A DNA stretch of 64,000 nt, taken from contig OZ220483.1 in NCBI GenBank assembly GCA_965115915.1, positions 1,211,067 through 1,275,066 on the forward strand, in the 5' to 3' direction. The translations under genes were made by a program, and so were the position numbers. This document shows, piece after piece, positions 41,088 to 49,030 of this stretch. The first letter of the stretch is position 1. The number at the start of each line of letters is the position of its first letter. This stretch comes from Gammaproteobacteria bacterium. Its GTDB lineage: Bacteria > Pseudomonadota > Gammaproteobacteria > Eutrophobiales > Eutrophobiaceae. The notes beneath the pieces are model-generated. The model did not search any database and had not been told where the DNA came from. It saw nothing but the letters and a program-made list of their open reading frames with translations.

Positions 41088-41855
41088 CTACTTGATGGCG
41101 ACCACACCGATGAAATTGAAATTCCGCCAGAAGGCCTGAATGTCCCGAAAGCCGACCGTACGCAACTGCTCAAAAAGCCAAGCTTCAGTGCCCAATTTTG
41201 CCAGGTGCCGTAATTCCCGCTCCTTGTCGAGTATGTGCTTTTCGGAGAAAAACTGGCGCTTGTAGTCATAATACAGAAATTCCATCATATTCTGTATCCT
41301 GCTGCTATCGGAAAAAACCTTCTCGGAAAGCACCAGCCCGCCACCTTCGATCAACTGCTCGTGGATCCGTCTCAGTAGCCCCAGACGATCCTGCTGCGGA
41401 ATAAACTGGAGTGTGAACAAGGCCGTCACAAAGGACAGGTTGTGCAACCCATCCCAACCACGCACATCCGAGACTTGGTATTCCAGCCCCTCGGCATCCT
41501 GCCAGTGCCCGCTGAACGCGGGATCAATATCAATACCAAAATAGCGGGCATTGCCCGCCTGAACATTAATATCCCTGATACGTCTGATCAGTGTGCCCTG
41601 GCTGCATCCAATATCAACGACCCGGGTTTCATTCTCCACAAAATAGCGGCTCAGCGATACGATATCATCGCGCAACCAGGCGTAACCACGAATGGAACGG
41701 TTGATGTGTTCGTCAAAACGCTCCGCACAGGCGGCAAAGCTGAAATGTCCGGCGGCCTCCGACGCGTCCCTGCCATCTTCCTCCACGGTCAAAATGAAAG
41801 AGCGCCTCGGCGGTACCCGCTGTCCAACACCCGATTTTTCTTCGCCCTTGTTCAA
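41088..41855 (-). CDS. CmoA-like class I SAM-dependent methyltransferase (carboxy-SAM synthase family-like)
   Basis: 255 aa, colinear with E. coli CmoA: FSFxxxAERFDEHINRSIRGY (vs [20 protein letters not shown]), VVDIGCSQG, TLQFI, GGxLVLSEK and FWRNFNFxGVVAIK. No cmoB lies adjacent. Confidence 0.7.
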   Translation of the reverse strand: MNKGEEKSGVGQRVPPRRSFILTVEEDGRDASEAAGHFSFAACAERFDEHINRSIRGYAWLRDDIVSLSRYFVENETRVVDIGCSQGTLIRRIRDINVQAGNARYFGIDIDPAFSGHWQDAEGLEYQVSDVRGWDGLHNLSFVTALFTLQFIPQQDRLGLLRRIHEQLIEGGGLVLSEKVFSDSSRIQNMMEFLYYDYKRQFFSEKHILDKERELRHLAKLGTEAWLFEQLRTVGFRDIQAFWRNFNFIGVVAIK

Positions 41856-42015
41856 TAGCTATGATGCACCCCGTACTACACAGTTATCTTCGCTGAGGCT
41901 GTTTGCCCACTGCTTGAACTCATGATCATACTGCGGGTCGAAACAGTGCATACTATCAACCTCAAGGCCCCCGACCGCCATCCGTATGGGACGGGCCGAT
42001 GTTACAATATACGCG

Positions 42016-43686
42016 ATGGAAAAGACCAGATTGTCGACAGCAGTTTACATGGTATCGCCAAAGCCGGGCATCGTGGCAATGCTGCTGGCCATTTCATGCG
42101 AAATGGCGCTTGCCGGAACCTATGCGTTGGAGATCGGGCAAACCCCCGTTCAGTTCAGCGACGGTACCAGACAGGCACTGACCATCAACGGCACCCTGCC
42201 AGCCCCCACGCTGCGTTTCAGGGAGGGAGAGGAGCTGATAATCCGGGTCAGCAATACACTGGATGAATTGAGTTCGATCCACTGGCATGGACTGATCCTG
42301 CCCTATACACAAGACGGCGTCCCGGGCTTTTCGTATACCGGCATTCAGCCCGGTGAGACATTTACGTACCGCTTCCCGGCACGGCAGGCCGGCACTTACT
42401 GGTATCACAGCCACTCGGCGATGCAGGAACAACGTGGCCTGTATGGCGCGATCATCATCGAGCCAAAGGCGCCGGATCCATTCCACTACGACCGGGAGTA
42501 TGCCGTCGTTCTGTCCGATTGGCATGACACTTGGCCAAAACGCATATTCGCCAAACTGAAACGCCAATCCGACTACTACAATTTCCATCAGCAGACCCTG
42601 TTCGATCTGCTGCACCGTCGCACCGGCGAAAGCCTTGGCAACGCGATAAAAGAACGCCTGGCATGGGGAAAGATGCGAATGATGAAAACGGACATTGCGG
42701 ATGTGTCCGGCTATGCTTATCTCATCAATGGCATGGACCCGAAACAGAACTGGACCGCGCTCTTCCAGCCAGGCGAACGCATCCGCCTTCGCCTGGTAAA
42801 TGCCTCCGCGATGAGTCTGATGGATATTTACATCCCGGGCCTCAGTATGACCGTGGTACAAGCCGATGGTAACAACATACATCCGGTGACCGTGGACGAA
42901 TTGCGCATCGCCGTGGCAGAGACTTATGATGTACTCATCGAACCGGAAAACCGTGCCTATACGCTGATGGCGGAACCCATCGGACGTACCGGATATGCCA
43001 GGGCCACGCTGACACCACACAGGGACATGTCCGCGCAAGTGCCCCCGGTACGCCCCCGTCCACAACTGACCATGGCCGACATGCCCATGTCTCCAGGGCA
43101 CGCGGGACATGCCATGCAGCACGGCGTGGACCATGCCGCAATGGGGCACGATACAGCATCCAACGACGTCCGACCGACAGACACATTTTACAGGGTCGGC
43201 AGCGGGCTGGTGCCGGTCGCATATAACGGTGGCAAATTCCTTTCCTACAGCGATCTGAAGGCGCTGCGGCCGATCTACCCGGAACGTCCGGTAGATCGGG
43301 AGCTCACGCTGCGCCTGACTGGCAACATGGAACGCTATATCTGGTCAATCAACGGCCAGACCTTCGCTGACGCGGAACCTTTGCGCTTCCGGCAAGGTGA
43401 ACGGGTACGCTTCCGCTTTATCAACGACACCATGATGATCCATCCGATGCATCTGCATGGGATGTGGATGATCCTGGACAATGGGCACGGCAGATATCGA
43501 CCCGCAAAGCACGTAATCCTGGTGGCCCCGGCCATGACCGTCACGGCAGAGGTGGAAATCGATGCGGCCGGACATTGGCCATTTCACTGTCATCTGCTCT
43601 ACCATATGCACGGAGGCATGATGCGCCGGGTGATAGTTGAACCTGCCGACCCTCAGGGACAGGAAAATCTTGCCACGCTACGCTAA
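42016..43686 (+). CDS. copA: copper-resistance multicopper oxidase CopA
   Basis: ORF 41986..43686, start uncertain (42016 or 42049). Cu sites: HWHG, YWYHSH, HPMHLHG and HCHLLYHMxxGMM. Met/His-rich insert MADMPMSPGHAGHAMQHGVDHAAMGHD. Confidence 0.92.
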   Translation: MEKTRLSTAVYMVSPKPGIVAMLLAISCEMALAGTYALEIGQTPVQFSDGTRQALTINGTLPAPTLRFREGEELIIRVSNTLDELSSIHWHGLILPYTQDGVPGFSYTGIQPGETFTYRFPARQAGTYWYHSHSAMQEQRGLYGAIIIEPKAPDPFHYDREYAVVLSDWHDTWPKRIFAKLKRQSDYYNFHQQTLFDLLHRRTGESLGNAIKERLAWGKMRMMKTDIADVSGYAYLINGMDPKQNWTALFQPGERIRLRLVNASAMSLMDIYIPGLSMTVVQADGNNIHPVTVDELRIAVAETYDVLIEPENRAYTLMAEPIGRTGYARATLTPHRDMSAQVPPVRPRPQLTMADMPMSPGHAGHAMQHGVDHAAMGHDTASNDVRPTDTFYRVGSGLVPVAYNGGKFLSYSDLKALRPIYPERPVDRELTLRLTGNMERYIWSINGQTFADAEPLRFRQGERVRFRFINDTMMIHPMHLHGMWMILDNGHGRYRPAKHVILVAPAMTVTAEVEIDAAGHWPFHCHLLYHMHGGMMRRVIVEPADPQGQENLATLR

Positions 43687-44392
43687 CACATCGGGCCCAG
43701 GCCTGCTGCTGTCGGTACTGCTTGCCGGTGTGTTCTCCCTGCCGACCTTCGCCAAAGAACCGTTTTTCAGTGCCGAACTGGAACGACTGGAATACCGTTT
43801 TGGTCTTGACACGGCGGATGTGGTCCAGACCGAAGGGGAACTTGCCCTGGGCACAGATGACTGGGAGTTGTCCGGTCGTTTCGAATTCGAACAGATGCAT
43901 GCAGACGGCATCTGGGAGATCATGGAACTGCAACCCAGGCTTTCCATCCCGGTGTCCGATTTCTGGGATGTCTATGTTGGTGTCCGGCACAATGTCCATC
44001 CTCGCCCGGAACGCACCTACGCCGTTTTCGGCGTGGATGGACTGGCGCCCTATTTTATCGACACCACACTGAGCCTGTTCGTATCCAAGACCGGCGGGGT
44101 ATCGGCACGCCTGGAAAGCAATACGGATATCCTGCTAACGCAACGACTGGTAATGCAGCCAAGGCTGGAGGTGGATGCCTATGCCAACGAGGACCAGGAC
44201 ATCGATATCGGCACGGGCATCGTATTGACCAAGCTGGGATTACGCTTGCGCTACGAGATCCATCGTGACATTGCCCCCTATATCGGGCTGCACCATGAAC
44301 GCAAGTGGGGCCAGACCCGCGACTTCAGCGCGGATGACCACGAGCACTGGGAGCAGTTGTTTGTGCTGGTCGGTCTGAAATTGACATATTGA
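43637..44392 (+). CDS. copB: copper resistance protein B (outer-membrane CopB), short form
   Basis: 251 aa; LLLSVLLAGVFSLPTFA signal peptide and a beta-strand-rich body ending LVGLKLTY, with an aromatic C-terminus typical of OM barrels. The ATG at 43637 overlaps copA by 50 nt. An in-frame TTG at 43670 preceded by GGACAGGAAAA is an alternative start. Confidence 0.85.
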   Translation: MNLPTLRDRKILPRYANTSGPGLLLSVLLAGVFSLPTFAKEPFFSAELERLEYRFGLDTADVVQTEGELALGTDDWELSGRFEFEQMHADGIWEIMELQPRLSIPVSDFWDVYVGVRHNVHPRPERTYAVFGVDGLAPYFIDTTLSLFVSKTGGVSARLESNTDILLTQRLVMQPRLEVDAYANEDQDIDIGTGIVLTKLGLRLRYEIHRDIAPYIGLHHERKWGQTRDFSADDHEHWEQLFVLVGLKLTY

Positions 44393-44789
44393 ACGCTCCG
44401 GTCTTCCCTGTTACCATCAGGTTTTGGGTACTCTCACGCCTCGTCCGACCACGCTGTCCCGGCACCATACAATAACACCGCTTCTACAATTGCAGCATGT
44501 TGACTATATAGCATATACCCCTCGTGGCCTGGGTACAGCCCTAATCAGTCCCCCCGGAGGCGCGACAGCCGAGCCATCAGGCGACGGCTGCTGCGGTAGG
44601 AACGTTAGGGACAAGCCCTCTTCCAACAATTTTTACCATAAATAATGCAATACGCTAATATTTTAAGGTATAATTCAAAAAATTTCTCGAACCGATTAAG
44701 ATATTGAGGAAATAATTCTGTCATCAGCTTGCTATGCACCAAAGCTGGATAGCGGCGCAGTACTTTAATAATCACAAAGAGCACTACTA

Positions 44790-47700
44790 ATGATGAAACA
44801 CATACTAATGACCAACTCTTCATTGTACAGTTCCGGCGGTTTGCAGGTGCCAAATGCCAGATGGCAATATTTTCCCAATGAACACGACCCGCACAACACA
44901 AATAGTACACGCCACCACCTGAAAGCGGCACTCACCGCCGCCCTTCTGCTGCTGACACTGAGCGCTGTATTCATCCCACCGACCGCGCAGGCGCAGTCGG
45001 TGAGCAATCCGGTGAGCGATCCCATAGGGCTAACCGCCACACCAATAGGCGACGGCATCATCTTATTGCGCTGGACCACCCGTACTACTCGTGCTTATGT
45101 GCAGTACAAGTTTGGCAGTAACGACTATGATCCAAACGCACTACTCGGAGGCATCGTCGAGTTGAGAGATGGCAGTAACGTTCCCGGGACCTACTTGGAT
45201 GGACTGACAAACGGCGTGGAACACACGTTCCGTGTGGCACTCCTCCTCCCCATGAGAATCGGTATCCACACAAGGACTGTCCACCACGAGGTCACCGCGA
45301 CACCAATGGCGCCCGGCGTCACGGTCTCGGGCTCCCCGCTGACGGTGTCCGAAGGCGACCCCACAGGTAGCACATACACCGTGGTGCTCACTACACGAGG
45401 AACCTCCTGGAATGGCGGGGTGCCACAACCAGCCGATGTCACCGTCAGCGTGGCCGGGTTCGCGGGCACAGCGGTGACAGTCAGCCCGGCGACACTGACC
45501 TTCGCCGCCAACGCCTGGGACACGGCACAGACCGTGACCGTCACAGCCAGGCAAGACGCCAACACCATGGACGAGCGCGTGACACTGACGCACAGCGCGA
45601 GCGGCGCCACCGGCTACACGTCCGCGCTGTCCATTGCCAATGTGGCGGTAACGGTGGCCGACTCCACCCCGACGCTGACACTGGCCACAGACCCGTCTGC
45701 GGTGACCGAGGGCAACAACATCAGTCTGACGCTCAGTTCGGACAAAAATGTGACCGGGACGCTGCGGGTACGGCTGACGCTGTCTGACCGTGACACAAGC
45801 GGCTTCGGCGCGACAGACATCCCGGGCGCGCTGACGCAGACGCTGACTACGAGTGATTTTGGCGGAGGCACGACAGCGACGGTGTCGATCCCGACGCGTG
45901 ACGATAGCATCGTGGAAGGGACAGAGAGCTATCGCATCACGCTGAATGCCGGCACCGGCTATGTGGTGGGTGGCGATGCGGATGCGGATGGCACGTTGAA
46001 CGACAACGACAGTGCGCAGGTGACACTGGGCAGCACGACCATTAACGTGACCGAGGGTCAGTCGTTGACAGTACCAGTGACGATGAGCAGCGCGGCGGAC
46101 ACGGTGGTCAACGGTAAGGTAACGCTGAGCGGTGGAACGCCGACAGATGATTTTGCCGCGGTGGAGGCGAGTTTCCGTATCGCGGTGGGTCAGATGCATG
46201 CGAACGCGGTCTTCATGCCGAAGAGCGCGACCACCGGCGATGGCAGCTACCAGGCGGTGCGCAGTTACACCGCGACGGTGACGCTGGAGACCCCGCCGAC
46301 CGGGGTCACGGTGGGCGGCGACAACACCGACACGGTGCGGGTCAACGACAACACCCCCGGTTCCGACCCGGGCGTGACGCTGAGCCGTTCCTCGCTGCCA
46401 GTGAATGAGGGCGCGAACGGGAACTACACGGTGCGGCTTAATACCCAGCCGAGTGCGGCGGTGATGGTGACGGTGGCCGGGTTCTCGGGTACGTCGGTGA
46501 TGGCCAATCCGGCGACCCTGAGTTTTACCACCGATACCTGGAACATGGCACAGACGGTGACGGTGACGGCGGCGGCGGATGACGATAGCGAAAACGAGAG
46601 CGTGACACTGACACACACGGCGAGCAGCAGCGACAACAACTACAACGGGGCGGTGATCAACAGCGTCACGGTAATGGTGACAGACAGCGACACGCCGGGG
46701 GTAACGCTGAGCGAGACCCGACTGGCACTGCGTGAGGGTGGCACTGCCGGCAGTTACACGGTGGTGCTGAACAGTAAACCGAGCGCCGAGGTGACGGTGA
46801 CAGTGGCCGGGTTCTCGGGTACGTCGGTGATGGCCAATCCGGCGACCCTGAGCTTTGCCGCCAACGTCTGGGACACGGCGCAGACGGTGATGGTGACGGC
46901 CGGGCAAGATGTCGACACCATGGACGAAAACGTGACATTGACACACAGCGCGAGCGGCGCCACCGGCTACGGGTCTGCGCTCAACATCGCCGAGGTGGCG
47001 GTGCGGGTCAGCGACGACGACCGCCCGGCAGGGGTCAGTTTGAGCGTGGCCACACTGACGGTGGACGAGGGCGGCACCGGCAACTACACGGTGCGGCTCA
47101 ATACCCAGCCGAGCGCGACGGTAACGGTGACGGTAGCCGGGTTCGCGGGCAGCGATGTGACGGTCAGCCCGGCGACCCTGAGTTTTGCCACCACCGGCTG
47201 GGACACGGTGCAGACGGTGACGGTGACGGCCGGGCAGGACGCTGACATCACGGACGACAGCGTGACACTGACACACAGCGCGAGCGGCGCCACCGGCTAC
47301 ACGTCCGCGCTCAGCATTGCCGATGTGGCAGTCACGGTAACAGACGATGACGCGGACGGGCCAAGCGAGGATCAGCGCCGGCGCCAGGCCGAACAGCAGA
47401 TCCTGGCCCGGGTCGCCGACACCCTGCTGGCTGGCAGTGTCACCATCATCTCCAGCCGCATCGATGCGACCAATAGCGATGCACCACCCGCCACCACACT
47501 GCGCCTCGGCGGACAATCCAGCCTGCACGCGGCGCTGCAAACCCTGCAAACGGCCTCGCAGAGCGGCACACTGCAACCGGCACAACTGCTAGGGCAATCC
47601 GCTTTCGTGCTGCCACTGGCAGCCGCCGGCGGCAGTGGCACAGCACTGGAAAGTCTGGCCCTGTGGGGCAGCGGCGACTACCGCCAACTTTCCGGCAAGT

Positions 47701-48773
47701 TGCAGAATCCCAATGACCCGGATACCACACTGGATTGGGAGGGCAGTGTCACCAGCGCCTGGATCGGCGCCGACCTGCGACCGCACCGCCAGTGGCTGAC
47801 CGGTTTGGCCTTGTCCTGGTCCCAGGCACCGTTCAGCACCGGGCAGGCCAACCTCAACCAGGACAGCCACCTGTTCGGGGTGCACCCTTATCTGAGTTGG
47901 AACACCGCCAACGGCCGTGGCCAATTGTGGCTCAGTGCGGGCTATGGCTGGGGCGAACTGCGCCCCGAGAAGGACATACCTGATGCACGACGTGACAGCC
48001 ACATGGCATCGGTCGCACTCGGGGGTAACGCCACACTGCTCAGCAGCAACCGGCTGCTGCACGGCGGCAACAGCCAACTGCGCATCAAGGCGCAGGGCGC
48101 ACTGGCCGAGTTCGATGTCGATGGCAACGCCACTAGCCGTGCGCTGAGCGTCATTGCCCGGCAGTTGCGCCTCGCGCTGGAAGGACAGCATCAACACACG
48201 CTGTCCAGCGGGGCCCGGCTCAGCCCCTCGGTGGAACTCGCACTGCGCCATGAACATAACGATGCCACCGAAGGCAGCGGCATGGAAGTCGGCGGCGCGT
48301 TGCGCTATGTCAACCCGGCACTGGGCCTGACCCTGGAAAGCCGCGGCTGGGTGCTCGCCACCCACCGTGACGAAGACCGCAGGGAATGGGGTGTCAGCGG
48401 CCTGCTGTCCATCGACCCGGGTACCGACCAGCGCGGGCTTGCACTCAGCCTGGCCCCGCGGCACGGCCCGGCCCAGCGCACAGACCTCGACCGCCTGCTT
48501 GACCCGGGTACCACACCGACCGCCAACCCGGCGGCACCGGGGCAACTGGGCCTGGAAGCCGAGTTGGGCTACGGCTATGGGCTGGCCGAACGCCGCGGCG
48601 TGCTGGTGCCCTTTGTCGGTACCACGCTGGATGGGACACGCCATGCCTACCGATTCGGCAGCCGGCTGCAATTCGGCCCCGGGCTCAGCCTGAACCTGGA
48701 AGGGCAGCGGGAAGAACCGGAACAACAGCCGATACGCCACAACATCCTGCTGCACGGCACATTGCACTGGTAG
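44790..48773 (+). CDS. large autotransporter outer-membrane protein with a Calx-beta/Ig-like repeat passenger
   Basis: 1327 aa. It has a long N-region and a hydrophobic signal (AALTAALLLLTLSAVFIPPTAQA). Next come an FN3-like segment, four copies of a roughly 110-aa module (PGVTLS..EGG..YTVxLNTQPSAxVTVTVAGF..PATLSF..W.TAQTVTVTA..D.D..VTLTHSAS) and two Calx-beta-like units (DDSIVEGTESY). The protein ends with a C-terminal beta-barrel, about aa 950-1327, terminating in ..LHGTLHW. Confidence 0.85.
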   Translation: MMKHILMTNSSLYSSGGLQVPNARWQYFPNEHDPHNTNSTRHHLKAALTAALLLLTLSAVFIPPTAQAQSVSNPVSDPIGLTATPIGDGIILLRWTTRTTRAYVQYKFGSNDYDPNALLGGIVELRDGSNVPGTYLDGLTNGVEHTFRVALLLPMRIGIHTRTVHHEVTATPMAPGVTVSGSPLTVSEGDPTGSTYTVVLTTRGTSWNGGVPQPADVTVSVAGFAGTAVTVSPATLTFAANAWDTAQTVTVTARQDANTMDERVTLTHSASGATGYTSALSIANVAVTVADSTPTLTLATDPSAVTEGNNISLTLSSDKNVTGTLRVRLTLSDRDTSGFGATDIPGALTQTLTTSDFGGGTTATVSIPTRDDSIVEGTESYRITLNAGTGYVVGGDADADGTLNDNDSAQVTLGSTTINVTEGQSLTVPVTMSSAADTVVNGKVTLSGGTPTDDFAAVEASFRIAVGQMHANAVFMPKSATTGDGSYQAVRSYTATVTLETPPTGVTVGGDNTDTVRVNDNTPGSDPGVTLSRSSLPVNEGANGNYTVRLNTQPSAAVMVTVAGFSGTSVMANPATLSFTTDTWNMAQTVTVTAAADDDSENESVTLTHTASSSDNNYNGAVINSVTVMVTDSDTPGVTLSETRLALREGGTAGSYTVVLNSKPSAEVTVTVAGFSGTSVMANPATLSFAANVWDTAQTVMVTAGQDVDTMDENVTLTHSASGATGYGSALNIAEVAVRVSDDDRPAGVSLSVATLTVDEGGTGNYTVRLNTQPSATVTVTVAGFAGSDVTVSPATLSFATTGWDTVQTVTVTAGQDADITDDSVTLTHSASGATGYTSALSIADVAVTVTDDDADGPSEDQRRRQAEQQILARVADTLLAGSVTIISSRIDATNSDAPPATTLRLGGQSSLHAALQTLQTASQSGTLQPAQLLGQSAFVLPLAAAGGSGTALESLALWGSGDYRQLSGKLQNPNDPDTTLDWEGSVTSAWIGADLRPHRQWLTGLALSWSQAPFSTGQANLNQDSHLFGVHPYLSWNTANGRGQLWLSAGYGWGELRPEKDIPDARRDSHMASVALGGNATLLSSNRLLHGGNSQLRIKAQGALAEFDVDGNATSRALSVIARQLRLALEGQHQHTLSSGARLSPSVELALRHEHNDATEGSGMEVGGALRYVNPALGLTLESRGWVLATHRDEDRREWGVSGLLSIDPGTDQRGLALSLAPRHGPAQRTDLDRLLDPGTTPTANPAAPGQLGLEAELGYGYGLAERRGVLVPFVGTTLDGTRHAYRFGSRLQFGPGLSLNLEGQREEPEQQPIRHNILLHGTLHW
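46368..47348 (+). repeat. three tandem ~330-bp intragenic repeat modules of the autotransporter; a fourth related copy lies at 45312-45662
   Basis: Long near-identical DNA runs. For example, gtggccgggttctcgggtacgtcggtgatggccaatccggcgaccctgag occurs at about 46473 and about 46803. cacagcgcgagcggcgccaccggctacacgtccgcgct occurs at about 45591 and about 47274. Confidence 0.85.
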
Positions 48774-49030
48774 ATCGAGGCACACCACCGGGCCGCTGGC
48801 AAAACGTGTGGCCTGTGGAATGACACCTCCTATCAAAACTCCCGCCCGGGAATCGCAGAAGCCGCGCCACAAGGCGACGACTAATGCAGTGAGGGGAAAT
48901 CCTCCCTATCCGTTAAAGGGAAGGGTCCAGTACTCCGGTTGGATTTTGTGCCGGTGACCGGTGGTTGATGATGTGACAAAAAGCCCGTCTTTCGCATACG
49001 CGCTTTCTGGAAACCATAGTCCAATCACAC

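Noticed and set aside
44605-44931. 108-aa minus-strand ORF in the AT-rich block upstream of, and overlapping, the autotransporter start
   Set aside because: There is no recognisable family and no SD, and it overlaps the 5' end of the large gene. It is somewhat surprising in AT-rich DNA but not supportable as a gene without conservation data.
45141-47585. 814-aa ORF antisense to the autotransporter, plus many smaller antisense ORFs in 45.2-48.9 kb
   Set aside because: The translation is Arg/Gly/His/Pro-rich and low in complexity. It lies fully within a much longer, domain-bearing sense ORF. Long antisense ORFs are expected in GC-rich repetitive coding DNA.
48774-49030. Tn7-like insertion at attTn7 downstream of glmS
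   Set aside because: The glmS 3' flank is only 257 bp before the convergent autotransporter gene. No tnsABCDE-like genes or Tn7 end repeats were recognised, so the site appears unoccupied.
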